The position numbers were made by a program, and so were the translations under genes. From positions 11,346,001-11,410,000 of the forward strand of contig OX597829.1 of the NCBI GenBank assembly GCA_951406725.2: a stretch of DNA of 64,000 bases, in the 5' to 3' direction. Source of the DNA: Octopus vulgaris. Its lineage: Eukaryota. Positions 38,801 through 53,480 of this stretch are shown here, piece after piece. The notes under the pieces were generated by a model. That model did no database searches and had not been told where the DNA came from. It saw only the letters and a program-made list of their open reading frames with translations. The stretch's first letter is position 1. Each line of letters starts with the position of its first letter.

Positions 38801-39382
38801 TTCACTCATATGAATGATGATTAATATAGATAACCTCCTTGAATTTAATAATTTGGTTCCACCTATACAACACCACCATAGACAAATTTTTAAACTCATG
38901 AAGGACTACTACCAAATTCGTTGGGGTATGTTTTACCTTTGTCTCTCTACCTCTCCCTCCTCTCTCCCTCTCTCTATCGTAAGCACAATCAAACACACAT
39001 ACACAAACCTGTCACTTCACCACTAGTTGTTTTTGGCATCTACCCAACCACACACACAATCACGCACACACATACACACACATAGACACGAATGCAGTTA
39101 TATACATACACACACATAGGCACTCAATCTGATTAGCAAAGGCAAACAACAACACATCACCATTCACATGACTTGCACCCTGTCACCTTCCTATTCTTAG
39201 ATCTCTCCCCTTCCAACATTGTTTGAACTCTTGAACTTTCTAGAATCTTCTACATTCAACCATTTTGGACGTCACCGCTTATAACGGAATATTTTAAAGA
39301 GACACTCATTATCGCTATGGACTCCGTGTGGGCAGTCATCTAAACGTTTTTGTTCATCATGATGCTGACATAAGTTCCTTGT

Positions 39383-39465
39383 CTTTCCTGATGAGAAGGC
39401 GGCATAATGCACCCCTTATTCCTTCGAAATTAGGAATATGCAGTCTTCGAAACATATGTCGAGAA
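39383..39465 (+). ncRNA. Type-I hammerhead ribozyme with 54-nt stem-II domain; predicted cleavage after 39460
   Basis: CTTTC-CTGATGA-GAAGGC...GTCTTC-GAAA-CATATG-TC-GAGAA. Confidence 0.9.
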
Positions 39466-39506
39466 TAAAGGAATTTTGTTAAATCATCGTTCAACTCCAT
39501 TCTTTC

Positions 39507-39592
<86 letters not shown>

Positions 39593-39629
39593 GTATGTAT
39601 GTGTGTGTGTATGTATGTATGTATGTATG

Positions 39630-39662
<33 letters not shown>

Positions 39663-39715
39663 ATACAGTGCCTATCGCTCAGAGTGCTACCGGTGACTTG
39701 TAATCCAATAGAAAT

Positions 39716-40170
39716 TGTTGTATAGACGGGTGATCCGCGATCAAACAGGTATACCCAACTTGCTACGTTATTGGAGACGGAGCAGAACAAAATTAAGATT
39801 TATGAAAAGGACAAATATACCCAGTTGAGAGTTAATGAACGCGCTCTGTGAACAATTTAGAATTGTCAGAAATTTGTTTATGGGAATGTTACTGTTGTGA
39901 TGAGAGTTACAAGGCCCCCTTGCAAGAAATAAAGCGATTATAAATAGTAGCGGTCAGAGTGAAGTTTGTGTATTCGTTCGAGTTGAGTTCGTAGTGAAGT
40001 CGGAAGGTATCGGCTGGTTAGTTCATTTGGAATATTGATTGTTGGTTCGTAAAGAGATTGTTGGATCGGTATGTTGTTATTATGGCTGCATCGTTATCGT
40101 GTTTACTGTTGCAACACTAGTACAATGTATCTAAACCATTTGTCACAATATCGTGGCGGTGCCGAGACAC
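39716..40170 (+). mobile_element. Possible LTR (TGTTGT...ACAATA) followed by a PBS-like TGGCG
   Basis: Imperfect terminal inverted motif, internal AATAAA, and tggcggtgcc just downstream. No second LTR or coding evidence. Confidence 0.3.
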
Positions 40171-40681
40171 TGGAGGCGGAGGACACAACGGTTACTTTGA
40201 TGCAGTGTAACCCCAGATTCTGGTTGTTCTAAATGATCCTGAACCATCGTGAAGAAGGTTGTTTTTTGATGGAAAGTGAATAAAGTTTAATGCACTTTTC
40301 ATTCCTTATAGCCAATTTTATGCTCAGTAATTTCTTGGAACAACAGGCGAAAGACATGCGATCAAGTCTCGCAATGTATAAGAGTAGTGAAACATACAGG
40401 CTTAGCAAGGTGAAATAATGTAATTCCAAACCTGCACCTAAGCGACTGTCATGCTGGTTACTTCTTCAAATGATGGCAACGATGAGATTTAGCAGTTCAG
40501 CAGTACCTCACGTACGACCAAGCAGCACATTCCAGGGATAGATGTTGGTAAGTTTGCATGCATTTATGTAAGTATGATTATTTATGCTGATGCGTATCTG
40601 TGTCACTTGAACCCAGCAGTATATGCAGTCATATTCTCTGTTTGTTGTCTTTTTATTTAATACTGAAAACACACACACACA

Positions 40682-40758
<77 letters not shown>

Positions 40759-40767
40759 TACGCACAC

Positions 40768-40822
<55 letters not shown>

Positions 40823-40829
40823 GGTGTGT

Positions 40830-40990
40830 GTGTGTGGCTATGTACTACGAAGCTTGTTTTCCAGTCACATGGTTCCGGGTTTAGTCCTTGTGAGTGGCAC
40901 TTTCAGCAAGAGCAAGTGTCTCCCAGTATAGCCTAAGGCCGACAAAAGCCGTGTGAATGGATTTGGTCGGCGGAAATTGAAAGAAGCCGG
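40830..40990 (+). mobile_element. tRNA-derived SINE head
   Basis: gtggctatgt...ggttccgggtttagtcc...tggcact...gcaagtgtc...cggaaattgaaagaagcc. Confidence 0.6.
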
Positions 40991-41090
40991 GCACTCTGTA
41001 CTGGATTACCATGGGAATTTTTAGGGGAACCAATAAGACGACCTTTCAGTACAACCAAACGTTTCTTTAAATCTGTATCTTATACAAATT

Positions 41091-41250
<160 letters not shown>

Positions 41251-41657
41251 TGTTTCTTTATTAGCCACACAGGGCTGCACACAGATAGAACAAATTACAA
41301 GGTTAAAAAAAAAAGGGAGGGGGGTTTCGATCAAAAGGGATCGTAAAAGGAGAGAAAGAGGACAAAAAAAAGGGGGGGTTAAAAAAAGGGGGGAGAGGAA
41401 AAAATTTATCAATAGGGATCGTTATCACAGAAATGTCAATATGAAGTGTAAAGGGGAGGACAAGTGAGGTTTACCCGTGGAAAGAAAAGCCTACGGAAAA
41501 GACCACGGTAACCTCGGTCAATGAAGTCACATGTTATATTTCTTTTTTTTTTTTTTTTTGCAAATAAGCAACTCTCTGTATTAATTTTTATGGTTCATAG
41601 AATCATAGTCAAGGTGGCTTCGTCATTCATACGTGCCATCCTTGCTACATTCACCCA

Positions 41658-44600
41658 TCATTTTTTAAAACATTCACTAGACAAAACTTGCCTCTCTACT
41701 CTCACTTTCCTCTTCAAGTGATACTTGAAGAAGTTGATGAGAGATTGACCAGAGAGGAAAGTGTTAGTCTCTAATCCTTTCAGGCGCGTCCACCAGATAC
41801 ATTCTTTCGCCATAGCCACAAGTATGATAAAAATAGCTCTTCCTTCCCGTTTGAAGGAAGGAGGCGTGATGATATTAACGATAGACTCGGCTGATAAACC
41901 GACACGTCCCATACGTGACAGCAGTCGTTCGACATAAGTCCACAAGTCGGAAATTGCTGGACACTGCACGATTGCGTGCAGAGCGGTTTCGTCGCTCTGC
42001 CCGCATCTCGGGCAGGTCGGCCCCGTGTTTCTCGAGCCATGCCTATAGAGCTTATCCCGAACGGGTAGCGCTTCTCGGTAGCACCGCCAGGCCAGGGATC
42101 TCTGGAAGTTATCCATAGGTCCCGGGCCGAAAGTCGTTTGAAACAGGCGGGTCAGGTATTCCTCGTCGACGCCCAGGTTTGCCCCGAGATCGTCGTCGTA
42201 CCTCCCCTCCACTAATCCCCTATAGAATGCTTTGGTTGTGTTGAAGTCACTCAAGGTCGACCCGGGACGGCAGAGTTGCTTGAGAGCAACGCGACACTCG
42301 CGGTGCCATTCGCCCTTCCTCGGCCTCTTTTTGATCCACGACTGCAGTTCGGTCATGGAGACGAGTTGCGGGAAAACGTGCCTCACAAACGGCGACCACA
42401 CCTGTTCACCGTCGTCTACATAGAACCAGAGATGTCGCAGTCTCAGCGCGTGTCTGCGCACCATCAACCACGGCATGCCCAGCCCTCCTTTTAACGGGTG
42501 TTGACAGCAAATGGATCGCCTGACCATCGGGACGCATCCTTTCCACAAGAAGCGGAAGAGGATGCGTTCTAGTTTGGTTATGGTAGGGTCGGGACAAGGT
42601 ACGACGGTCAGGCGGTAGTAGATGATGGACGCGATGTACTCGTTCGCCACCTCCGCCCGACCTTTTAGGGACAGTTTCCTCTCGGCCCATTGCTGGGTGA
42701 GAGTGACCACCCTACTCGTTATCTCGTTCCAGTTCTTCTCCATTTGGAGGTCCGGACCGAACCAGACCCCGAGCAACCTAACCGGGCCGTCTGTCCAGCG
42801 TCCCACGACGGAGGTACTGGGGGACGGCATGGGCTTGCTTCTCCAGGTGCCGAGCCGCAAGCCCACTGACTTTTCCCGGTTGATTTTTGCTCCTGTCACC
42901 GCTTCGTAGTCTTTTAGTGTCTCGCCGACCCGCTCGATGTGCGCGTGGCTTGACACTATGACGGTGACGTCGTCCGCGTATGCAGACACGCTCCTCCCGC
43001 ATCCCAGCTCTCGTGGGATGCCCCTCAGCGTCGCCAGTTTCCGCAGTAGTGGCTCAAGAGTCAATACATACAGCAGCGATGAGAGGGGGCACCCCTGACG
43101 AACCGAACGCATGATGTTAAAAGGTCTGGATAGATGACCATTTACGCGAACTACTGAGCGGATGCCGCTGTATAAGGCAGCGATCCAACCGCGGAAAACT
43201 GGACCGAAACCAGCCGCTTTAAGGACAGCCTCCAAGTAGTGATGGTCTACCCTATCGAAGGCTTTTGATTGATCCAAATTGATCAGCGCCCCACCCATGC
43301 CAGGATTCTTAACTACCCTGTTTATGATGTAGCGCATCAGATGGAGGTTGTCATGAATACTTCTACCCGGCACGGCGCATGTTTGTGCCTTGTCGATTAG
43401 TTTATTGATGACAAGCGCCATCCTCTCGGCTAACACCTTGGCCAAAATTTTCAAATCTGCGTTGAGCAGAGTGATGGGCCTGAAATTATCTATGACGTCC
43501 CCCTTGTTTGGGTCTTTCTTAATCAGTGCCACTGCTTCTCGCTTTACAAAAGCAGGAATACTCCCGTTTTGCTGCCAGTTGCAGTAGACAGCTGCCAAGA
43601 CGCCTCCAAACAAGTCTGGCATATGAAAATAAAGTTCGTAGGGCAGACCATCCAAGCCTGGTGACTTGTCTCTCGCGCAGCCTACCATCGCATCCTGTAC
43701 GTCCGCCGCTGTGATAGGCCTTTCACAAGACTTCACCTCTCTTGCTGAGAGTCGTGGCAAGGCATGCAGGTAGGCACTAAAGTCCACTCTGCGTTCTGGC
43801 CCACCACTTGTCCCAAACAGTTGGGTGAAGTGTTGTTGAAAAGCCCCACACATCCTTTTAGGCTCGAGCACTTCGCGCCCCTGTTCATCTATAAGAGACT
43901 TGATGGTGGCTCTGTTGCCTCGTTGCGTCTCCACCACTCGGGCCTCGTGGGCGGCTCCAACTCCTTCGTTCCTCAGAGCACGCATCCTAGCTCTGACAAC
44001 GCATCCTTCGTGTTTGGCGTTGAGGTGTTGGTCGAGGGCCAATCTCGCCGCCAGCACGTTGGACGCGATGCCAGTTCTAAGTGCCATTTCTAAAACCTTA
44101 ACTAATTCTCCCTCTATTCTATTTCGGTCTAATGCTAGGGCTTTACTGTATCTGACTGATTCTGCTTTAATTGCTTTTTTTAGGGCATACCACCATCTGT
44201 TGTTGATGATGGTACCTGTCAAAGCTCTCTTAACTAATGTGCTGATCCGGTCCCTGTAAACCTGTCGTGCTGTAAAAGACGCGTTCAGTTTCCCTGCCTA
44301 TGTGTCTTATCTACGTCTAGCGTACAAGTCACAAACTTGTGATCTGTGTAACTGACTATATGAAATTGTGGACAACCTACACTATTTTTATCTATTGTCC
44401 TACAGAATACTCTATCTAAGTATGATCTGGACGACCCGATGCGGTTACTCCATGTCCACATTGGCACATTCGGGTGGTCCAGTCGGTACCTGTCAGACAG
44501 TTGGAAACGTCTGAGCAGGTCTTTGAGGCATTTGCATCCCTTCTATTGCTATCTCTGCCCACGTAGTCTAGATGCGTGTCCAGGGTGGCATTCCAATCCC

Positions 44601-45017
44601 CACTAAAAGTAAAGGACGAGACGTTCCCATGAAAGACTCTAGACGTCGAAAGAAATCTGGTCGGCCTGTTAAGGACGGAGTATAAACTGCTATCAGTCGA
44701 AAAGCACACTCATTGCTGCCATCGACATCCAAAACGACCAGCCTACCCTCCGGGTCTAGGAAAATTGCTCTTACTTTGAGATCCAGACGCTTTCGGAGAA
44801 GCACCGCGGTGCCACCTCCGCCCATTCTCGGTAGACACGGAGAAAAATAAATGTTGAAATGTGTACCGAAACTGTGCTGGAGTGCCCGCGAGCTGCGGAG
44901 TCTGGTCTCACTGATGGCTATGATATTCAAATTTAGTGACTTGATGTCATTTAACAGGTAGCCTTGTTTCCAAGGCGACCCCAAGCCACGTACATTTATA
45001 CTGCCTATTCTGAGCAT
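41658..45017 (-). pseudogene. Tx1-B ORF2 (APE, RT, C-terminal zinc finger), frameshifted in the APE region
   Basis: SINVRG, ISETR, SYLDRVF, YTDH, FRPITLLN, QGCPLS, AYADD, CPRC..H..C. Confidence 0.95.
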
Positions 45018-45084
45018 GTTCCGATAAAAAATTGTGTTTTACACACGAAAAGAAAGTGCAAAAAGGAAAGAGAGAGAGAAAAGT

Positions 45085-47173
45085 TTACTTGTTGTTCGAA
45101 AGTCCTTTGTTTTTCACCTCACAGTCTTCTTCCATGAGGTTTTTGTATAGTTTCTTTGATGAATACTTTTGAAATCTCCCTACTGCATCAGGGTAAAGAG
45201 ATTTCAGGGTGCTGTATGTGTTCTGTGTTGCGTGTATTATTTTAATGTGTTGTGGTGGTGTTGTGCGTGGGTGGTTATTTGTTTTTATGTCGTTTTCAGT
45301 TATGTTGGTGTTTGACCTAATGTGTTCCATTAGGTCGTGGTTGTTTGTGTTTATGGCTTTCAACATTGTTGGGGGATTTGATGATGGTGTGTTTGTGTTG
45401 ATGTGTTTGTTTTCTGTGGATGTTTTTGTTTCGGGAGTGGTGAATCTTCCTGCTTTGTTTGTTATCTTTTCTTTTCTTTTTTTCCCCTTTTTCTTCTCCC
45501 CCCTGTGGCTATTTGCCAATCCTCTGTGTCTTCTTCGTCTAATGACAAATCAGAGGAATCAGAGCTTGGGAGAGGGAAAATATTGGGGTCTATTGTAGAC
45601 TGTGTTGATTTTGTTGTTGGTGTTGGTTGGTGAGCGTTAGGTTGTGGTGTATGCGGTTTTGGAGGTGGGGTGTGGGTATTTTGTGTTTGAGTGATTGTAA
45701 GTATTGTTGTGTTGTTTGGGGTGTCAATTTTGTGGGGATTTGGAGTAATAATTGTTTCTTCATTTTCGATGAGTGTCTTTTTGGCAGATGTCCTTGGTTT
45801 GGGAGTTGGTTTATTCTTGGTTGTTGTTGTTGGTGGTGTTGCTTCTGTTCTTGGTGCTGTTGGTGTGGTTGTTTGGTTGGTGAGGTTTGTTTTTTGTTGA
45901 TTTTCTGTGATTAGTCCTGTTCGTGCAAAACGTGGTGTGGGTAGTAAAGCTGGTTTATTTGTTTTTTCCGGTTGCTGTTGTTGTTGCTGTTGTTTTCTTG
46001 CGGCAGATTTGCAATCTTTTTTTAGGTGTTGCTCACTGCCGCATATGTAGCAACGTGGCCTTCTGCCATCGACGACCACATACAACTTGTGGTCTTCTGA
46101 TACACATATCTGGGTGGGTATTTTCTTTATGTCCTCTTGGTTTATATGTAGTAGAAATTCTACTTTTTTTCCCACCCAGTTTTTGTGACCGTGGTTTCTA
46201 AAATTGTGAAATCTTTCATTTTCACACATAAGGCCTTTACTAGCCATAGATTGTTAGCTATTTTTGGGACATTGTTTAAAGTGATCTTAGTCACTTTCTG
46301 TCCACGATAGCTTGGTGTTAGTTGAAGTTCATCTGAATGAAGAGTTAGCGTTGAGAAACGTCTTGCTAACTCTTCAGTGTGGAAGACCACTTGTATGTGT
46401 GCGAACTTGTTCCACTAGGTCACATACTCTTTGTAGTTCCAGATGGGTTTCAAGCATTTTTCGATTTTGCTTGTGTTAGCCTTCTCTGGACTTTTTGTTT
46501 TCTTATTAATTATTTTATATATAATAGTTCTTTATTTTTCATCTTCTAATATTTCTTGTGGTATGTTTATTTTTACTATACCATCTACTTCCGTTATTAA
46601 AATGTTCGTATCTTTTATTTGTTGTGCAGTAAAATATACTGTTGTCTTTTTTTCTTTTATCGCCTCGGCGAAATTTGTTGTTGTTTTGTTATTGTTGTTG
46701 CTCGTGGCGATGTTGTTGTTGGCTGCAGTTGGTAAAATCGGTGTATTTGGTTTGATTGTGCAAGTAGGAAGGGGTGGAAAATTACTTGCATAGTTTATCC
46801 CTGTATTCAAGCAGCTTTTGTGAATTTGTTTGGTGGTCACAGTCTTTTGTTTATTCCCTTCAGTTCTTGTTGTTGGAGGAAACAAGGTCTGAACGGAATT
46901 GTTGTTGTTGTTATTGTTGTTTTTGTTGTTGGCGGTAGTGTCAGTGGCAGAAGAGACAGCCGTGGCAGCAGATGTCGAAATGGTGGCGCAAATGTTGTTA
47001 TTCTTGTTGTCATTGTTATTGTTATTGTTGTTGGTAGTTGAGGTAGTGGATGAGGTGGCGGTGGTGGTGGTGGTGGAGGCGGTGGTGGTAGCAGTAGTAG
47101 TCTTGTTGTTGTTGTTGTTAGTGGTGGTGGTGACAGTGCTGTTATCGCAAGTGGTTGCAGCGTTCACTGCCAT
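45085..47173 (-). pseudogene. Tx1-B ORF1 (Thr/Asn-rich N-terminus, CCHC knuckle), frameshifted
   Basis: DGRRPRCYICGSEQHLKKDC. Confidence 0.85.
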
Positions 47174-47497
47174 GTCATTTAGGTTTGCACTTTGCGTGCA
47201 TGAGTTCTTTTTTTCTTCTCCTAGCGTTTCCAGACTAGGAAAATGTTGGTCAATAAAGGAACGCGACCAGCGTTTTACAATACAGTTTCTCGACATTTTC
47301 AAAATGTCGAGAAGAAAATTACACAGATTAAATAGGGTTGAAACTGCCCCTAGGGGCGAATTCCTCCCTTGGAAAAAGCACTCAAACGAAAGTTGGGTGC
47401 CTTACACACCTTATTTACAAAAATGTACACAAAATATGGGCTATAAATAGTCAAAATAAACGATTACCTTCGGAGCCGAAGATACAGCACGTCCGTA

Positions 47498-47852
<355 letters not shown>

Positions 47853-48064
47853 ACTTTTTATTGTGGCCACACAGGGCTAAACACAATAAAAATGGACGAA
47901 ATACAATGTAGAATTTTTTCTTTTCGAGGTGGGATGGGTGGGGCACAAGAAAAAAAGAAAAAAAAAAACTTTTGATTAATAGGGATCTGTGGGTTGTGTG
48001 GTGTATAAAAAAGCAATATGTATAAAGTTCACAGTTTAGGTGTAGCCTTGGAAAGAAAAACCTA

Positions 48065-51019
48065 CAATAGTATTGCCAAGCCAGGGATTTCTGGAAGTTA
48101 TCCATAGGCCCCGGCCCGAACGTCGTCCTGAACAGGCGGGTTAGGAATTTCTCGTCGACGCTCAGGTTTGCCCCGAGTGTGTCGTCGGACCTCCCCTCCC
48201 CTAGTCCTCTATAGAACGCTTTAGTCATTTGTAAGTTGCACAAGTTTGACCCCGGTCGGCAGAGCTGATGTAGAGCTTGGCGACACACTCGGTGCCAATC
48301 GCCCAGTTTCGGTCTCTTCTTGATCCACGTTTGCAGTTCGATCAATGAGACGAGCTGCGGGAAGGCGCGCTTCACAAACGGCGCCCACGCCTGTTTACCG
48401 TCGTCGATGAAGTTCCAGAGATGACGCAGTCTCAGCGCATGCCTGCGCATCATCAACCACGGCATGCCCAGTCCTCCATTCAACTGATGTTGACAACAAA
48501 TGGACTTCCTCAACATCGGAACGCCACCCTTCCATAGGAAGCGGAAGAGTATGCGTTCCAGTTTGGTGATGGTGGCATCGGGACAAGGTACGACGGTCAG
48601 GCGGTAATCGATGACGGATGCGATATACTCGTCGCCACCTCCGCCCGGCCTTTTAGAGAATGCTTTCTCTCGGCCCATGTTTGGCTGAGAGCGACCACTC
48701 TACTCGTGATCTCGTCCCAGTTCTTATCCATTTGGAGGTCCGGACTGAACCAGACCCCGAGCAATTTAACCGGTCCGTCCGTCCAGCGTCCCACTACTGA
48801 GCCGCAGTCGGACGGCATGGGCTTGCTTCTCCAGGTGCCAAGTAGCAAACCCACTGACTTTTCCGGGTTAATCTTTGCTCCCGTCACCGTTTCGTAGTTT
48901 CTTAGTGTCTCGCCTATCATCTGGATGTGTTTGTCGCTCGACACTATGACGGTGACATCGTCCGCATATGCCGACACGCTCGTCCCGCAACCCAGTTCCC
49001 GTGGGATGCCCCTCAGTGTCGCCAGCTTCCGCAGTAGCGGCTCGAGAGTCAATACATACAGAAGCGCCGTCAGGGGACACCCCTGACGGACCGAACGCGT
49101 GATGTCAAACGGTTTCGACAGGTGACCGTTCACCCGAATCACCGATCGGATGCCGCTATACAAGGCAGCGATCCAACCGCGGAAGACGGGACCGAAGCCA
49201 GCCGCCCTGAGGACGGCCGCCAAGTACCGATGGTCGACCCTATCGAAGGCTTTAGATTGATCCAAATTGATCAGCGCCCCACCCATGCCAGGATCCTTAA
49301 CTACCCTATCCACAATGTAGGGCATCAGATGGAGGTTGTCATGTATGGTTCTGCCCGGCACGGCGCATGTTTGCGCCCTGTCGACCAGTTTACCAATGAC
49401 AAGCGCCAACCTCTCGGCTATTATTTGGCCAAAATTTTCAAATCTGCGTTGAGCAGAGTGATGGGCCTGAAATTATCTATAAAATTCCCCTTGTTTGGGT
49501 CCTTCTTCAGCAACGTCACTTCACTCCGCCTCACGAAACCGGGGATTCTCCCGTTTTGTTGCCAGTTGCAGTAGACTGATGCCAAGAGGTCGCCAAACAA
49601 GTCTGGCATTTGACAATACAGCTCGTAGGGTAAACCATCCAATCCAGGCGACTTATCCCTCTCGCAGCCCGCCATCGCATCCCACACGTCAGCGGCTGTG
49701 ATGGGACTTCCACAACACTCCGCTTCTCTTGCCGAGAGCCGCGGCAGGTCGGTCAGGTAGGCACTGAAGTCCATCCCGCGTTCCGACCCACCACTCACAC
49801 CAAACAGTCGAGCAAAGTGCTGTTGAAAGACCTCACACATCCTTTCGGGTTCGAGTAAACTGCATCTCTTTTGATCTATTAGAGACCGAATGGTGGCTCT
49901 GTTGCCACGCTGCGCCTCCGCTACCCGGGCCTCTCTCGCAGCTTCGATCCCTTCGTTCCTTAAGGCACGCATTTTAGCTCTGACGACGCAACCTTCGTGC
50001 TTGGCGTTGAGGTGTTGGTCGAGGGCCATCCTCGCAGCCAGCACGTTGGTTGCGCTGCCAGTGGTAAGTGCCTTTTCTAGTTTCTTAACCAGGTCTCCCT
50101 CTACTCTATTTCGATCTATCGCTAATTCCTTGCTAAACCTAATTGATTCCGATTTTATTGCCATTTTCAGGGCGAACCACCAGCGGTTGTTAACGACGGC
50201 TCCCGCCAGCGCCCTCTTAATTAACTCGCTAATCCGGTTCTTGTAAACCTGTCGCGCTAAGAGCGACGTGTTCAGTTTCCAGTAACCGGGACCCTGTCTA
50301 TGCGTCTTATCTAAGTCGAGCGTACACGTCACAAATTTGTGATCTGTGTAGCTGACTATTTTAAATTGTGGACAGCCTACACTATCCCTATCCGCTGTCC
50401 TGCATAGAATTCTATCTAGATAAGATCTCGACGATCCGACGCGGTTTGTCCAAGTCCACGTTGGCACGTTCGGATGGTCGAGTCGGAACCTGTCAGACAA
50501 ATGAAAACGTCTGAGTAGGTCTTTGAGGCACTTACACCCCCTTCTATTCCTATCCCTTCCCACATAATCTAGATGCGTGTCCAAGGTAACGTTCCAATCC
50601 CCTACTAACAGTAAAGGTCTAGACGTACCCAGGAAAACCTCTAGACGTCTGAAGAAATCCGCCCGACCCGTTAAGGACGGTGCATAAACTGCCATCAGAC
50701 GGAATGCACACCCATTTCTGCCATCCACGTCCAAGACAACCAGCCTACCCTCCGGGTCTAGGAATATTCTTCTTACTTTTACATTTAGACTCTTTCGAAA
50801 AGGCACCGCGGTACCTCCACCACCCATGTTCGGCAGACAAGGAGAAAAATAAATGTTAAATTGATCGCCAAACATGGACGCGAGGGCCCGCGGCTTGCTG
50901 AGTCTAGTTTCACTGATAGCTACTATATCCACGTTCAGTGACTTGATGTCGTTTAGAAGGTAATCTTGCTTCCAAGCCGACGCCAGGCCACGCGCATTCA
51001 CACAACCTAATTTAAGCAT
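48065..51019 (-). pseudogene. Tx1-C ORF2 (APE plus RT), broken
   Basis: CVNARG, VYAPS, GDWN, SYLDRIL, YTDH, GYWKLN, LDQSKAFDRV, AYADD. Confidence 0.95.
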
Positions 51020-51085
51020 AATTGACGTTTACGAAAATTGTGTTTCACACACTATTTTGGAAGAGACAAGAGGCAAGAGGGAAGG

Positions 51086-52520
51086 TCACTTACTCATTTC
51101 GAAAGTCTCAGTTTTTTCTTCTTCTTTTGTAGTGTCTTTGAGGAGGTGTTTGTATAGTTTTTTGGAGAGGTATCGTTGAAACCCGCCTACCGCATTTGGA
51201 AATATTGTTTTCAGTGTATGGTGTTGTGTTTGTGTTATGTGTACAATTCTTATGCGTTTCGGTGGTGTGGTGCGCGGATGATTGTTTGTCTTAAAGTCAT
51301 CTTCACAGATGTCGGTGTTGGATGCAATGTAATCCATTAATTTTTTATTGCAGTTAGTTGTGTGTGTAGTTTTGCGGGTTCATTGATTTTTATTGTCTAG
51401 GGGGATGCTGTCCGGAGTTAAATATCTCCCTGCTTTACTTCCTTGTTTGGTGGGCTTTTTTTATCTTTTCCTTTTACCCCCGTGGCTATTTGCCATTCCG
51501 TCGAACTTTCGTCGTCCGACGAATCAGAAGGGGGTAAAGGCAAAGCATTTGCGTTTATATGTATGCTTGTAGAAATTGTTGATGTTTTGTGCGGTGTTTG
51601 TGTTGTTGTGGTGTTAGGGGTAGAATTTGTTTTCTCGTCACTGTTTTCTGTCTTTTTAATTGTCATCCTCGGTGTTGGTGTTGGTCTATCTTTTGTTGGT
51701 TCAGTATGTTGAATTGGTTGCGACATGAACGGTGATTGTGTTGGTACTGTTTCTTTTCTTGGTGATGTTGTTGGGGTTTGTTTGCTAGTTTGTTGTTTTT
51801 CTTGGCATTGTTCCATAATTGAGTGTGTTGGTGTTGGTGTTGGCAACAAAGGTTTTTTATTTGTTTTCTGATTTGTTCTTTCTTGTTTTCTCTGTGCCAG
51901 AGCGCACTTGGCAATTAAATGTTCTGGGCTGCCACAATTGTAGCATCTAGGCTTTTTGCCTTCTGCTAAAACATATAGGCTTTGCCCATTTTCTAAATGG
52001 ATCCTGTCAGGTAGGTTCTCGATAGAAGATCCCTCAATCTGGATGGTCACTACTATTGTTTTACCACCCCAATTGTCGTTTTTGTACACGCGGTTTCTAA
52101 TATATTTATCTTTTTCAAATGGTAACAGATTGCCCCTGTTATCCATTTGTTAGGTATCTCGGGGGGTACATTTTTAATGCTAATTCTACTCACTCTCTGG
52201 CCTTTGTAATATGGTACCATGATGATTTCATCATTTTGCAAAGACTCCGTAGAGTGAGCTTTTGTCATTTCCTGGTCAGGGAAGCGGACCACCACTGTAT
52301 TAAACTGGGGATCCCTGTTTATATATTCTTTTTTTTTCATTATGCTTTTTAAACACTTTTCTATGTCCGTTTTTGTAATCTGTTCATTTTGTTTTTTTCT
52401 TATAATTTTATATACAATTGTCTTATTTTCTATTTGTTCCTTTATGTGTTGAGGTGTATGCAGCACTAAATCGTGCCCTTTGGTTGTAAAGAGTGCTCTC
52501 GTTTCTATTAACTCTTCATT
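51086..52520 (-). pseudogene. Tx1-C ORF1 remnants
   Basis: CCHC knuckle; C-terminal KTNNHPRTTPP block shared with Tx1-B. Confidence 0.85.
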
Positions 52521-52704
52521 TTTAAATTTTACTATTTCTTTTTTCTGGCGCAGTGTCAGCGAAATTTACTGGTGTTGTTGATTCACTATTAGATAGTAAG
52601 ATATTTATTTCATTTTTATTGTTGTTCTTGTTGTTGTTGTTGTTTTTGTACACAAAATATGGGCTATAAATAATCAAAATAAACGAGGTGACAACACATC
52701 AGTC

Positions 52705-52738
<34 letters not shown>

Positions 52739-52749
52739 CAGACAGACAT

Positions 52750-53234
52750 ATCCGCGTGAGTTTCATTTTTATCATTTATGTTGGACGTGGTGGTGGTGGT
52801 GGTGGTGGTGGTGGTGGTGGAGGTGGTGGTGGTAGCAGTAGTAGTCTCGTTCTTGTTGTTGTTAGTGCTGGTGGTGGTGACAGGGCGGTTACCGCAAGTG
52901 GTTGCAGCGTTCACTACCACGTCACTCAGGTTTGTTTTTGTCGAATGTGTGTGCGTGCATACGTTCTTTTTTCTCCTAGCGTTTTAAGTCTAGGAAAATG
53001 CTGGTCCATAAAGGAACGCGACCAGCGTTCTACAATAACATTTCTCGACATTTTTTAATGTCGAGAAGAAAAATACACAAATTAAATAGGGTTGAAACTG
53101 CCCCTAGAGGCGAATTCCTCCCTTGGAAAAGCACTCAAACGAAAGTTGGGTGCCTTACACACCTTATTTACAAAAATGTACACAAAATATGGGCTATAAA
53201 TAGTCAAAATAAACGAGGTGACAACACGTCAGTC
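52750..53234 (-). mobile_element. Additional Tx1 5' end fragment (5' UTR plus ORF1 start)
   Basis: Closely matches 47010-47465 and is bounded by (GATA)n/(GACA)n on both sides. Confidence 0.9.

Positions 53235-53480
<246 letters not shown>

Larger units (their letters stand above)
35605..39510 (+). mobile_element. Near-complete Naiad-type Penelope element with inverted 5' pLTR (35605-35980) and 3' pLTR
   Basis: RT motifs FDISSFYPSI, MGSTDS, GGLYRDD, NFLDV; GIY-YIG IYQC..FYIG; pLTR homologies in both orientations. Confidence 0.92.
41251..47497 (-). mobile_element. Tx1/L1-clade LINE B, full length, flanked by (TATC)n
   Basis: 5' UTR, ORF1 knuckle, ORF2 APE-RT-CCHC, then 3' AATAAA directly followed by (TCTA)n. 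Confidence 0.95.
47853..52704 (-). mobile_element. Tx1/L1-clade LINE C, flanked by (TATC)n, with internal deletions
   Basis: ORF1 EGKKPRCYNCGSPEHLIAKC and ORF2 APE-RT; C-terminal finger deleted near 48065; most of the 5' UTR missing. Confidence 0.93.

Noticed and set aside
47340-47370. HDV-like ribozyme suggested by GGCGAAT
   Set aside because: Antisense to the LINE, and no P1/P3/L3 elements can be built.
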